A model generated the notes under the pieces. It searched no databases. It saw nothing but the letters and a program-made list of their open reading frames with translations, and was not told the origin of the DNA. A stretch of DNA of 61,423 nucleotides, counting the filler, from Choristocarpus tenellus KU-1152 (lineage: Eukaryota; Protista; Phaeophyceae): the NCBI GenBank assembly GCA_964200185.2. It is 10 parts of 10 records of this genome, joined end to end, with 100 filler letters (N's around TTAATTAATTAA, not from the genome) between each part and the next. Parts side by side here need not be neighbours in the genome. Positions count along the whole stretch, not along the records: positions 37,062 to 45,037 come from CAXNAD020005315.1; positions 45,138 to 48,002 come from CAXNAD020024103.1; positions 48,103 to 50,812 come from CAXNAD020025424.1; 7 more parts are not named here. One strand, 5' to 3'. Below, one piece after another: positions 37,062 to 50,812 of this stretch. The translations under genes and the position numbers were made by a program. Positions within the stretch are counted from its first letter, which is position 1. Each line of letters opens with the position of its first letter.

Positions 37062-40000
37062 CAGGGCCGCCATTACCCCCAGGGCCACCCCCCCCACCCC
37101 CCCCTGGACCCCCACCTCCACAGTCAGCCTTTGCAGATGATGGCAACTTCCTCGCAAAGATGCTCAAGGTAGGAGCAAGGGTAATATGACTAGAGTGGAT
37201 TTTTATGGCCATGTAGACCAGAAGAATTGCTTGTGTAGGTAGTCAAGTGGACAGATGTGTCACAAAAGGCTTGTGGAGGAGATATTTGTATGCTGCTGTT
37301 GGTTCACATTGCTGTCTTTGCATAATATTGCTTTCTTTTGTTAATGGAGACTTCAAAGTTGTTTTTCACGTTCTGTCATAAATTGATTCCTTTCGAAGAA
37401 GCTTGGTTGTCGTGTTATGTAATTTGCTCATGCAGCACTTGACTGTAATGAGTGAGACTTTCGTTGAAATGCCTTGTCATTCCAGGGGAATCTGGGGGAG
37501 TGAATTTTCTATCTTCATTGTAAATGATAGTAAACTTGTATTCAGAGGAGCCCACCATGAACTTCACCTTTCTGCACCTTTCAACGGTGCCCACCCTTTC
37601 ATTTGTTTTTAAATTGTTACAGGAGCAAGAGGAAGAAGAGAAGAGGAAGAAGCAGGAGGAACTGAAGCTCAAGAAAGAGCGAGAGGTGTGCCATATGCCC
37701 CCTTTCCCCCCCCCTCTTCCCCACCCTGCTCCCCCACTCATCTGCAGAGACTCTATTTCCACCCTTACTATTGCAGCCCTCTCAATTTAGTGTTTACTAT
37801 ATCTCTACCTTCCTATCCGCCCTCCCATTTTTTGGAGCAAGGCCCATGCAAAGAGGGTGGCAGAGGAAAACAAACGAAGCAAGCGGTTTGCACAGGGGGG
37901 ACTTGGAGGTGGTCTCCGGAAGCCTTCCCGCCTAAGGATGGGTAACTCCCGTGGGAAAGTTGTGAAGGCGTTTGCGACAGAGAGTGACAATGAAGACGAG
38001 GATGAGGATGAAGATGATGTGAGGGGCTGGCTGGGACAGAGGCTGGGGGAAGAGAGGAGATAACTGATGAGGGGATAAGGGTTAGTTTGGTCTGGTTTAC
38101 TTTTCTGTGTGGATAAAAACTATGTGTGGGTGGGATGTTCCCACCGCTGCTATGTAGATGCTTCTTTCCTCTTTCTTGGCGTGTTAGATTATATCTTGTC
38201 AGTAGGAGGGGTGAGCACTTGTCCTACTCTTTTGGTGTGCATATTTTGTTGCTGGTAGGTGCGCTCTTCTCTTTGTACTTTTTGCAGTTTTGTCCATTCA
38301 TATCTTGTTCTTGCTTTGCCACTCCCATTGCACCTGCTTCCATTGTTTGATTGTGTCTGCATAGGTCGCTGCAGATGGGTCTACTGCTGCTGGAGGGGAG
38401 GTGAAGGGAAGTATCAACACCGCAGCTGCCGCAACCGGGGTAGGAGTAGAAGTTGGAGGTGAATTGGGAGGACTGGGTCTTGGGCAGGTCTCAGGAGCTA
38501 TGTCAAGGTCTTCAGGGACAGGCGAGGTCCCAGATGATGTGAAGGAAGTGATTCGTCGTACTGCCGGATGGATACATTCCTTCCCAGACAAGAGTCAGGT
38601 TTGTGTTCTATATGGAAGGGTGGGCTGGGGTAGAAAGGGGGCAGAGGCAGGATGTCTTGTGTCTTGTGGGCGGGAAAGTTGATGTTGCATCAATGATCTG
38701 TGATTGGTTCTGCATGTTTGTGCTTGCCAGGTGAAACAGATGTTTTGTTGTTGGTGAAATGTTTAATGGTTGAACTGGAGGTGATTGGAGATTGCTGTTT
38801 ATTACATTCTGTCAAATGATTTCCTGGTGCTGTAGCATACTCAAATATCGATGGTGTGTTGTTGGTGAGGATATTGGTGCAGAGTTCCTTGTAGAATCTC
38901 TTGGAGTCTTACTGATAGCTTGTGCTTATGCAGGAGTAATGTAATTGAAGTCAAGGGGAATTGTTTTTCCACTTTTGTTTAAAATTGTCAAGGTTGAAGG
39001 CATATCTAGAGGATGGGTATATGAAAGATTCAGTGTCTCCGTCATAAAAAGTGATACCTTCCTTCAACCAGGTATTTGGTAATAGTATGGCATGATCTTG
39101 GGAGGGGTTGGGGTTGTACTTGAGTGTTGATTGTTGGGAAGCTCGAGAAGATGGGACATGAGAGGCTTGGTGTGGTGGTCCTATCAAAGGCGAAAATTTT
39201 GTTAGACCTCTCTCTGTGTTGGGCCCTGTTCTTCCTCACCATTGTGAATTTTACTTCCTAACATTCTTTAGCAAAGTGCAGATCTTCTCTGTCTCCCTTA
39301 GCCCTATATTCCTGTTGCGATAATCCAATGACAATTCAGTGATAATCCAGTGATCGTCCAATGATAATCCAATGCCTGTGATTTCTCTGTTCTCCCCTCC
39401 TTCCTCAACGCCTATGCAGTGTCTCAGACCTGTACCTTCTTCCCCATATCCCTTGAATCTACACCTTGTTCTATCCCTTTACACAATGTTAGGTGGTGAT
39501 TGATAAGAGTCGAGGGGTTGCCAAGTTTGACTTTCTGTTCAACAAGACCAGCCCTGAGGGTCGCTTCTACCGCCAGGTGTTTGAGAAAAGAAGATAAAAA
39601 AAATAGATCAGCGAAGGCAGTCCAACAGGCTACCCCAAGAAGAAGCACCAATATTCCCGGTGTAGAGTATAGAAAGGGAAGCTCAGCTAAATTTGGAGCT
39701 CCATGGAGTTTATCTCAACTCTCTGATTTTGTATGGTATCCCTTTATGCCCTGATTATCATGAATCAACTCCTTTCACATTTTCTCACCATTGAACTTCC
39801 TGAAGACAACACTTCAAACCCCAAAGTCAATTCCCCCACTGTTCCACTTGGAGGCGTTGCTACTTGTCCAAGAGCAGGTGCAGTGTGGTTATTTGGTTGT
39901 GGTACATCTTCTGTAAGAGAGAAACCCCTCGCTTGATACATGTGATGTGTTGCAATTAATGGTGCACAGTTGTATTTTGATATATTAGTTCACTAGCATT

Positions 40001-43000
40001 ATATGTTGAAAACGGTTGATTGTTCACTTCCTCGTGTTGTGCATTGCTCTGGAATGGATTTGTGCAAAGACCTCGTACTACATTATACTAGTCTCTGCAA
40101 TTTTATTTTGTCCCACCGAAAAACCCTCCCAAATGCGTTTGGTTAGTTTTCTGTTTACTCTGCTGTTGGAGGATTTTACAAAACATACACAGGTCACAAC
40201 TGCACAGCCACCCCCACAGTTCACCTTGCTCAATCCCAACCTACCCATAAACCGTAACCCTAACACCATTTTGGTTGTCGTGGTCAAAACAAAAGGTTCT
40301 AGAAGAACTTAAGACTGAGGAGGAGGTCAAACGGGTTTGCAGCGGATTTGGAGAAGAGGCCACGCCATATGGGCCAGGACCTCAGAGTGGTGTTGGGTCT
40401 GAGGCTGGGGCGGGGGCAGACACTGGGAGTGGTGTTGGGAATGAAGGAGGGCTTGCGGCAATGGCAGCAGCTGCGGCAGCTGCTATGGGGGGGCAAGCTT
40501 TGACGGTGTCTTCTTCCTCTGGTGTTACCTCTGGGGAAGGAGAACAGGACAGGACTTCTCAGATTGCAGCTCAGATATCTGCACAGGTGCACCATACAAG
40601 TTTTGTTTCTATTTTTCTTAAGAGGTTGAACATGTAAGAATACTCACAAGATACCAATCTTGATCTATTTGTACACATTGGATGATCTTGTACATGTTTT
40701 ATATGAATAGAAGAACCGATTTAGATCTTGAATTGAATTGTAGTAGTTTGCTTAGTCTATACATGGATATATGCACGTGCATCAATTGTTATTTCACTTT
40801 GAGTCTGGAACTTCACTATCTTTATCCTAGTTAGCCCCTTGACCTGTGGCCAGATGGTAGTACATAATGCACTGGGGTTTTTTTCACTGCGACTATCTGC
40901 ACTGTCCTGTACATATGCCTTGATTTTTTTTCTTGTGGGTTGGGTTCAGAAGTTCCACCACATCTCACTCCATCTCCCCTTTGAACCTTTGATCTATACC
41001 TTACCCGTACACTAGTCGTGGATGTTGCATGTCACGTGTGTGTTTTATGCATCAGATTTTAGGTTTTGTTGGAAGATACTTGAAGAAGGAGCGGTTCTTG
41101 TGTTTGTTGTGCACACTTACAGAAGGTCATGTTGGGGTATAGAGCGGTGGCTACTGGGTAGGACAGAGGTTGCAGTCAGCATGAAGCTAAAGTTGAGAGG
41201 GTGCCGTGGATGGACTGGGGTGAAATGGACCTAAGTGGGGTTGTGGGTGTTGTTCAGACAACCAAGGCATGCACAGGGTAGTGGTTGGCTCACGATTGTT
41301 GATGGGTGTTGCTGCTTGAGGTTCTGCTCTTCAAGACATCATTTGGAACAATTGGGAAGTTTTTCCCCACATTACATGGCTCTGAGTATAAACTGGGGCG
41401 AGTCTCCGCCCATTACTAAAATTTCTTTGCAGTAAAATCAAGCATATGTAAAGGTGAACGTTTGATTTTTCGTGAAAAGTGTGGCTTGTACTTGCAAGAC
41501 CATCCGATTCCCTCAATATGTCCACGACAATACTGTGGGCAGATGGAAATGAACCTCCGACAGGCAGGTGTCTTTTTATACTACTGACTCTCTCCACAAG
41601 GAAGGTTGAGGGCCTTCCTTTATACTACTGCTCAAATTTGAGCATACAATAAGTGTCACCAAGGATGGAGCTGAGGTTTTTACACTCTCACCTGAAATTT
41701 TTTGTAACCACCCTATGAATTAGTAACCAATAGTTAGCTGAACTATAGTTACTTCATCGTAAACAACTTAATAAAAATACGTCTCTTAAGTCCAATATAA
41801 TTAGATCGACAAGAATTTAGCGACTTAGAAACGGAGTGGCTTATTTAAAGGTAATTTTACTAATAAACAATTTGCTAGATTTTTATACAAAATAATTGAA
41901 GTAAAAACATGAACACCTCATTTGTAGGATTTTTTCCAGAAGGTAGTACCTATGAAAGTCACAAGTACATTGCTATTCATATTATTCAGTGCAATATCAT
42001 ACCACTAGGGAGAAAAAGTAGGTATAAATTTAATACTAAAACAGTTCTATTAAAATGACTAAAAGTACTGAATATTAAAAAAAAAAAACATGGATATTAA
42101 GGCAGAAAATTTTAACGTTGCCTTGTAGGTGGTGTATCAATCTAATGTATTTTCTTTTTTTGTATTTTGATATTAATAGTCACCCAATACACTCTAGGGT
42201 TACGACTAATCAACCAATTTTATTTCATTCTTTTTATAATTTGGGAAACTTACCCCCAATTATAACTGTACAGGGCTTCAGTATACTTTATGCGGGTTGG
42301 GGATTAAGGAAAGTCCGTGCATTGTTAATCTCAAGCCTTATTCCGAATGGTGTTTGGCAGTTACATTGATTAATCTTACAAGGGTGGGGGTTTGACCGGA
42401 TCTTTTTTCTGTTTTAATTGAGTTTATGCATGCTGACTCTCAAGCGTTGTCTGAGTGAGGGTCTGAAAGTCATTAAAAAAAATTAACTTGACAGAAGAGT
42501 AGAGTTGAAAATAGGTGTGCATGCCCATACATTGGACTCACAATTTTGTACCACTCAGGATGCTTTTGTCGAGCAAAGAGTTTTGTATCTTAGGTGCAAA
42601 AAATGTCTGCCTTGTTGTGAAGTTGATACAGAAAATTGTCCAGTATGGTTTGAGATTCTTTGTTGAGATCCAACATGGCGAAACACAAGAAATATATCTG
42701 TATGTTGTTGAAAACCTTGCTTGAATCTTCTTGTGTTTTGGTTGGTGCATTTTGTTTGGCACTGTCTAGAAGAGTGTTTCAGTGTGAAGGTTTGCAGTAA
42801 CTCTGGTATACATATATTCCGTGCTAGAGAGCATATGTAAGGAACCCTTAGAGCTGTTTTTGCCTCTCTAAAGGCCTTTTCCCGCTGGAATGGATTCTGA
42901 ACGCCATTCCCTTTTTCTACATCTGTGATAGAGACAGATGTGATAACCAAAAAAAATACTGTCATCCTGGAATGACTTGGACAATTAATATAGCCTGGTT

Positions 43001-44612
43001 GTTTGGCATAGCGGTGCCTGCTTTGCGATGCTAATGCTATGGTGTGCCCTTGAAGAGCATTGTGTACTGAGTTTGCACTTTGAAAGGTGTACCCGGGTAT
43101 CTGTACCGCTGAATTGTGTAAAAATGCAGGTAGCTATGAGGCAGCAGATGTCCTCGTCTGGTACCTATGGTGGGAGTATGCATTCATCATCATCGACTGG
43201 GGGTGGGGATGGTGGGGGTTCTACGCTGGACATGGCGGCTGCCGCAGCAGAGGTTTGAGCATAGTGATTCTTGTTGAAAAAGAGAGATTTAGATATGAGT
43301 ACGACTATGTTTACAACTATGTTACAACCCTATGCTCTCATTCCCTGTTGATTTTCTTTGACGTCCCCTTTTGTCCGACAGACTTGGAATGATGGTGATG
43401 TTGAAGTCCAGTGTGAGGAAATGAATCTCTTGGCAAGCAATACATTGCTTCCTAACTTGTGTATTGACATTTGTTGTGCTATAGATCTCTCTCTCTCTCT
43501 CTCCATCTCTCTGTTGTCTTGATAGCAATAGTATCGTCTTGATAATAATGGTATGCAACACTGACAAAAAATAGCGTGAATGGTGTGTATATCCAAGTAA
43601 ACTTCGTCTTGCCTTCATGAATATATCAGGCATTGAGGAGGGCCAATGCTGGGCTCGAGGTCAGGCGTGCGCGAAAGACCCGCTGGGGGGGAGACCACCC
43701 GGGGCAAGTTGGGGGTGGGGGAGAGGGGGATTCTGCTGCACTGGCAGCAGCAACTGCTAAGGCAGCTGCAGTGTCAGCAATGAACAGTGCAGCCACTCAA
43801 GCTCTGAAAGCAGCTGGAGTGGCAACACCAGGAGTGGGTTTGGGTGCAAATGGGGAACTGGGGGCGGGGGCAGGGGCTGGAGGTGGGGCCCTCGGCAAGA
43901 GGGTCCGAGGGTTCAGTGAGGGAGGTGAAGGAGGTGAGTGTGTGATTTGTTTGTTAAATAGATGTTTTGCATGGATAATTTTTTTTGGGAAGGATAGACG
44001 AAGGTTTCGCATAGGTAGATTTGTGTTGGCACTAAGAAGTGTGAAAAGCTAGGGTTGTGGTATACATCATCACTTGCAAAGGAAAGGGGAAGCGAGGAGG
44101 GTTGTACTTGGGTAGTAGTGTTAATTGAGCTGATTGCTTTTGTAGTGAGTGCAGAGGCACTGTTGAATTGTAGGTAGGGTGGAGGATCAACATTTCAATT
44201 GTGTTCCTCGATTGATATAGAATTGGTGTTGCTGTGTCCTTTGTTGATTGAATCGAAATCATTCGATTGAATTAAACCTTATATGTTGTGCTGAGTCACA
44301 CACAAAGTGCACTGAATGTGCGTTTTGATATTTTTTCTAACAGGTTGAACTTTTGCTGTCGAGTTAATTTTCTTTCATAAAATGACTTCAATTTACAACA
44401 CTACCACTGACTAACTTCTTTTTGTGTTGGGTGGGGGGTATTGTTGTTGGGGCACCTTTGCTTGGTGTGTTGATATATATATATATATTGCTCTGTGTGG
44501 ATAAGGCTCCTCGTCGGGCAACGCTGGAAAACCAGGCCTTGCTCTTCCTGAGACCATGGACTTGGCACAGGAGGAACAGCTACGCCAGCAGAAGGAGATG
44601 CAACGTCTGGAG
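37062..44612 (+). CDS. SUGP1: SURP and G-patch domain-containing protein 1-like splicing factor, partial (9 exons; G-patch exons off contig)
   Basis: In-frame GT-AG exons: 37062-37168, 37623-37685, 37842-38018, 38365-38598, 39493-39576, 40296-40586, 43130-43252, 43630-43933 and 44506-44612. Hallmarks in SUGP1 order: FADDGNFLAKMLK, SURP-like PDDVKEVIRRTAGWI...KFDFLFNKTSPEGRFYRQ, RRARKTRWG, QEEQLRQQKEMQ. Confidence 0.85.
41627..41723 (+). pseudogene. map: Fragment of bacterial methionine aminopeptidase C-terminus (alphaproteobacterial type) inside an intron of the SUGP1-like gene
   Basis: Reads TAQ-[+1 frameshift at 41636]-FEHTISVTKDGAEVFTLSP, then PPY in a shifted frame (41708-41716). This matches the type I MetAP tail SAQFEHTxxVTxDGxEIFTLSP...PPY. 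It is followed by ~400 bp of markedly AT-rich DNA. Confidence 0.8.
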
Positions 44613-44835
44613 GTGAAGAGCCCAGGGACTTACAAAGCATTGCACAGTTCAGCCCCATCCCCTCTCCTCTCTGAACTCTCTTATTGAACTGCAGTCCATG
44701 ATGAACTCAGACTGGTACAGCCGAGTGGTTATACTAAAGACCACCCCTCAAAGTGGTTTCGGAAAGTTTTCTTTTGTTATCTTTGTAGATGAACAGAGTC
44801 TTGGTGTCTTGTTCGGTTTGGTTTAGTTTGGTGGC

Positions 44836-44975
44836 GGCTCAAAGTATCTGTGGGGGGTGGGGGAGGGGTGACGGCTGTCCATTTGAGGTCAATTTTTTCA
44901 TGTCGCGATTTTTAGGTGATTTGGTTGTATGCGTTGGATGGATAATGTAAATGGACACCGTGGTGTAGACACACG
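44836..44975 (-). mobile_element. MITE family A copy with internal deletion, near contig end
   Basis: ggctcaaagtatctgtgggggg...gtccatttgaggtc...ggatggataatgtaaatggacaccgtggtgtagac. Confidence 0.82.
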
Positions 44976-45180
44976 GCAAGCACCCCAACACAAAACCACA
45001 CCCACAACACCGCCGACGCCACTACACGCACCTCAAANNNNNNNNNNNNNNNNNNNNNNNNNNNNNNNNNNNNNNNNNNNNTTAATTAATTAANNNNNNN
45101 NNNNNNNNNNNNNNNNNNNNNNNNNNNNNNNNNNNNNGGCGAAAAGAGGGTCGGCCACCTCCTCTCTTATGCGGACGCGT

Positions 45181-45397
45181 GGGGGGGGGGGGGGGGGGGG
45201 GGTTACACTAAAGTGTCCATTTGGACCAAAACCAGGAAAAGTGCACTTTCATCAACCATTCAACGTATGGAACTGAATCACCCAAAAATCGCGACAAGAA
45301 AAATCGACCCCAAATGGACAGCTGCCACACCCCCTACATACGTTAAGCCAGGGTCAAAAACGGACGGTGGCACCCCCCCCTTAAGATACTCTGACCC
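45181..45397 (+). mobile_element. MITE family A copy with duplicated right end, at contig start
   Basis: polyG-ttacactaaagtgtccatttggacc...ccccaaatggacagctgcc...ccccccttaagatactctgaccc. Confidence 0.8.
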
Positions 45398-47551
45398 TAT
45401 GATGCAAGCTACGTCAACTAAATGTGTATGAGTCGTGCAGTTCCCTTTTCCATGTAGTGGTACCCAAGCTTCCCCAGTGCATTCAGCACAGAGTACAACC
45501 GATCACCTTAGACCACCATTCTGGCTTTCATCATGTGACGTTACACCCATTAGGGTGGTAATATTTCAGCGTACCCTGCAAAAAATACTGTTACACTCGA
45601 AATTGCATCTTTGGCTGCCTAAAACTTCATGTCTATCACACACAGAGTGAGGCAATCGCTTTATATGATTCCCTCCTACCTTGATGACTTCCAGTTAACT
45701 ATTTTCTTTGCCACCCATTACTAAGTCGTACAACAAGAATCAGCACAGTCGACAGTTCAGCTAGTCATCTCAGTATTCTATCTCTGTGGACACTACCTGC
45801 CTCTCACGAAATCTTAGTTTCTACCTGATAACCAACAGATATTCTTGGTGGGAGTCACATTTGACACAGGTACATTCCTTTTTTTATTTTTTTAAAGCTT
45901 CAAGACCTACAGCAACCTTCCTCGTCAGCTTTACAGATGAAAAGTGTCATCCTGACCACCCTTGAGAAGATCACTGGCATATGTCCCAGTATGGTAATAG
46001 TCGTTCCTGTAGCTTCACTCTATACTTGCCACACATTCGAAACACTACCAGCATTCAAGGAGAGAACAAGAAAGGGCTGCACCCACAGACCTATTGCCAC
46101 GAAAGATGGGTGCCCTGCGTTATGGGTTCCAAGTGTGGATGGAAGTACGCTACTGCCTCAAAAAAGCGCCATGTCAATGTGCAAGTCACACAGGTGTTCA
46201 ACTAAGAGGAGCATCAGATACTTCATCTGACTGTTAAGGAGGTTTCACTACTGTCACCAATACCAAATTAATCGCGAGGCTGATTTTCAACCGTCTGTGG
46301 TGCAGAAGCATGTCAATATTTTTTGAAGTTATCTTGATTTGTTTATGGTGCTGCAGCACTCCTCTGGGGAATACCAGGCTTTCACTGAAAGGACTAGATT
46401 TACCATGGATATCGATAGACAAACTGCTTTTGAATCAGTGAGAAAGGATCGATCCCACAATTCCTACACCCTCAACAAATATTTTATCAACCTCTTCTGG
46501 CCATAGGCCCATTACACTTTCTCCTCGGAATTACAATAGATCTCTTCTCCACACAACCCAGAAGCTGATAGGATGGCAAGAAATGAGACTTGGGAGAACA
46601 CTTAGATAGCTCCAGAGGTTTCTCCTTGAATATGGACAGCATGGACAAAAAAGTCTGAATCTTACAGCAACGCCAGCATACTCAAGCTCCCCCCCAAGTG
46701 TGTCAACAGCAAAAACGCCCTTTTACTGTCGCTACTTCACATGAGGTCTACAGGAGATGGATGTCCTAGCACAGGTCAAGGGCAATTTGCCGGAGATCAG
46801 AAAGTCAAGCTTTGGTTATCATCTTCCACCGCTTGCTAGGGTAGGATTTGTACTTCAGCATCTAGCATGATGTCAAGCACAGGCAGTGGTTGTGTTGCCT
46901 GAGATTAAACCACCTGGTATTCATGTGCTACAGCAAGCTACCTCGAAGCACAATAAAAGATTTAGACTTGTGTTAAACATTATAATACCACTGTTCTGTG
47001 CCCTAACCGGTTGAACAAGTATTGCAAGGATGTACTATAGGGTCACAACCTGACTGTTGGTCAGAAGACAGTGCGGGGTGGGAGCATGCTCTGAAGGCCT
47101 TCCCCTCTTTCAATGGCCACACTTGCGCATCTGAGGTAAGCACCATCCTGCAGTGCTTACAGTGATATTTTCCGGGGCTTATGATAAGTGACCAAGAAGG
47201 TGTGTCTACTGGTAGCACATGGATGGGCAGAGGATAGTTTAGTGTTGCTGCACCCACGTTCTCAAGGGAGTACTGGAATCCATACCCGTCACCCTATGAA
47301 ACTTTAGAAAACTACATATTCACATGTCACAAAACCATTAAAAAAAAGAAGTTGTCATAAATGTGAAAGAATTTTTGAACTTATTATATAACCCCATCAA
47401 TCCTCCTCTCACAATACCCCGAATACCATCCCACAACCAATAAAACCACGAGTACACAGACTTCTTCAAACAATAATTTGAAAGAATGTAAATATCTTCA
47501 TGTGCCAACCCCATGTCACACTGATCTTTGATTCCTCACAAACACAAGAAG

Positions 47552-48002
47552 ATGACCGTCTCCGCTAAAGTAGGTGATGCTCCACCCTCGAGTATTCACG
47601 CTTGGGTTAAGGCCCAGCGTAACCTACTTCGTCTAGAGAGAGAGGAAGAAAGAGCCCAGGTTGCAGATACCATCGCCCAGCTCCCTGCTCAGGTTGAAAA
47701 TGCTCTGATGATATCTCCTCTTATCTCTTTCTGTGTTGTTTTTCCTTGTTCATTGACTCCAGTCAGTGATGCTACTGTTTGGAAATAATACCTTAAATAC
47801 ACCACTATCGAGATGACACAAGTTTTTCCACAGGCCAACTGATCACCCCAGCTGTTCTGCGTACTGAAATCACCAACTCCCTCATCTTCTTTCACTAGGA
47901 ATGCGTAGAACGGGGCGTGAGTCTGACCCCGTTAGTTGTGACGGGGGTCACTACAGGCATGTATGGGCGTGCTTGTGTGCTTGTGGGTGACTCCAAGGGG
48001 CG
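47552..48002 (+). CDS. IGHMBP2: DNA-binding protein SMUBP-2 / IGHMBP2 helicase, 5' end (2 exons, truncated by contig end)
   Basis: Exons 47552-47692 and 47899-48002 give MTVSAKVGDAPPSSIHAWVKAQRNLLRLEREEERAQVADTIAQLPAQ|ECVERGVSLTPLVVTGVTTGMYGRACV. This matches the IGHMBP2/Hcs1 N-terminal pattern (Q..LL.LER..E ... RGV.L..L......TG.YGR). Confidence 0.85.
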
Positions 48003-50637
48003 NNNNNNNNNNNNNNNNNNNNNNNNNNNNNNNNNNNNNNNNNNNNTTAATTAATTAANNNNNNNNNNNNNNNNNNNNNNNNNNNNNNNNNNNNNNNNNN
48101 NNAGTTTATAACTAGCAGGTGTAAGGACTTAACCTAGATGTCATAGAATACATGTGGATATATGCCCCTTCTCGAACTAGCTACAGTATTTGATGCTGGA
48201 GATGATCCTTGAATTGTGCTATTCTTTCTGTTTTTATTACTTTGTTGTCTCAGTGGGACTTGACGGACCTGCCCTTTTTTGGCTCATACGTCCTGTTTCT
48301 TTTTGCTCTCTCTTGCATTGCCTTTCTGACGACTGACTTGCACTGGGGACCACACCACCTCTTGATCAACCTCCACTATAATATGCTTAGAAACTTTGTT
48401 ACACACATTTTCGAAAATTGAGCCCCAACTCTAAACCTAACCCTACATCAAAGTTGTGTGCGAAGATTGTCCCTAACCAGCCGAGCAAACTCAATGATAG
48501 AAGTTTCGCGCTGTGGTGGAGCAGTACAGTGTACAATAGGAGCCACCGCCTCCAAATGATCCACCACCATATCTTTTTCGCGTTTCACACACACTTTTTT
48601 GAAACCTAACCCCAGCCCTAACCCTTGCCCTAACTAACCCTTGCCCTGACCTGTGTGTGACAAGTAACCCTTACCTTTGTGTGAAGAAGTGACAAAAGTA
48701 TGGCAGTGGTGGTTTCGCAGTTCACATTACCACACAAGTTCCAGTATGCTGCATGTTATTGCTTCCTTTTCCTTGGAAAAATCTCTGTCAATTGTTTCTT
48801 CTTTCAAGCGTCACTTCATCTTCACACTTCAAACAAATATGTGATAATCAAACAGGAGAAAGGGGAGGAGCACAGTTTTTGAAAATGACTAAACCTCAGT
48901 ACAAAGCACTCAGTGAGAAAACAACAATTTGTCATAAATGTGAACAGGGTTTCAGCACAGCAGAAAGGGAGAGGTGTAGAGGTGCTTGCCACGAGCTATT
49001 TCTGTTTAAAAATATGAAATCATAAAAGCAGACATGAGTATTCCACATATAGACAAATAGATGTCTGTAGTGACACAAGTAGCCCTGTCATGGCACATCA
49101 TGCCCTTCAAGGTGGAGAAACCAACTGGGCTGGTGGGTCAGACGGGACCAAAAAAAATCCTGGAATTATTCCCTTCGCTTTCTAGACTGCCTTAGTGACA
49201 CTCTAGCAGTACCTGCTAATCACCACGTCTTTCTTGTTTTGTTTGGAGATGCTATAGCAACTACTTCCATTGTTTGCTTTAGCAGAGTGTTTTGCTACTA
49301 CTTTGTATGGGAAGGAGTCTGTTTCTTGTACAAAATACTCCATAGTCCCACCTCATAGTATAGTACAACTAGGCACTTTTGTTGTGCCATACAAACAATT
49401 ACAGACTCTGTCGTTGTATTTGGTGAGTTCTCAAGTACTGTATTTTGCCTCTTTCCCCCTCGTGACAAACATCTTTCAAATGTTGTTGGCTTAGAAGAAT
49501 AATGCGCATTGAATGATGGAGATTTGAATACACATAGCAGTAGATCACGCAGCAGTGAAATAGATGGGGACTGCTGTAGTTGAAGATACAGTATGACTGA
49601 GCAAGGAACTATTAAATGTTATACTAGTACTAGTGGATATTTCACCGTCAACGGTAACATTCGTTCCGTCTCATTGTCCCAACAGACCCAATTCTGCAGT
49701 CTGCTGAGAGCACCCAGTACTGATGAGGAATGGACAAAGGGGGTCCATATCCCCTCTGTTTTAGTTCCAAAAGGGATAAAGGTTAGGGCAAGAGAAAAAT
49801 GAGCCAATATCTGTATGGAAGAACCTAGCAATATATTTAGGTGGATTGGTCAACCTTTGTCATGAAAGCACATTACCAAAAGAAGGGGAGATGGAGTTCA
49901 TGGTGCTAATAGATCGTGTGCTGTAGCTATACATAACGATACACACATCTAATGCTGCTGCAGCAGCTGCTACTACGACTATTAATAATATTAATGATCA
50001 TAGTAATGACAATGGTAAAGACAATAATAATAATAATAATATTATTAATGATAATGATAAATGATAATGACAATGAACATATTAATAATAATGATAACAA
50101 TGAAAACCATAACATGTTTTTACAGCACACTCCAAAGCTTACCTCCACAAGATGTATAGCTCCAGTCCACAAGCCTACAGATTGCACTGATGCACGTACA
50201 GGACTCCTGACACACATGTCGTCAAGAATGCTGGATCTCTCACTTGGATTATTCCGTAAGTATCAATATCATGGTATGAAAATGAACTAGCCAACAATGA
50301 AAACATTGTACTAATAGTTAGATAAATGTGGTGCATGCATTTCCCCCCATTGGGATGTAGTATGTTTCATCATCAACAAGGGGATAATGTGTGGTCCATT
50401 CCTCACGTGGACACCATCAAAGGGGGAACGACCCGCAGGCAAATTCCATTATCATGATTATTATGTCTCATCGGGGACCATAATGATCAAATAATAAATA
50501 AATAGTCAAGAAGTACAGACATATAAAATCTAGGACTTCAAAGTCATATGAAACCATCATCAAGACATATGACCTGTAATACAATAATGGTAATGACAAT
50601 AACGATTTTTTTTTTGATAATAATAATAATGATAATA

Positions 50638-50812
50638 ACCTACTCATCCGCCAGCAATGGTGTAGCTGCTGCTGCAGCTGAGGCGCGAAAGCGCACCCCC
50701 TACGAGGGCTCCTTTTATCCTTGTAGTTATAACCTCAACACCTTTGCGATGGAAAGTTTTGGGCGCCTCGGCAAGCAAGTGGAAAGCTTCCTGGATGAGC
50801 TGGCTACCCACA
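50638..50812 (+). mobile_element. Fragment of CRE-like non-LTR retrotransposon C-terminal restriction-like endonuclease domain
   Basis: GVAAAAAEARKRTPYEGSFYPCSYNLNTFAMESFGRLGKQVESFLDELA matches the AAxxAExxKxxxY...F(A/x)xE(S/T)xGxxG signature of RLE-bearing elements. Confidence 0.75.
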
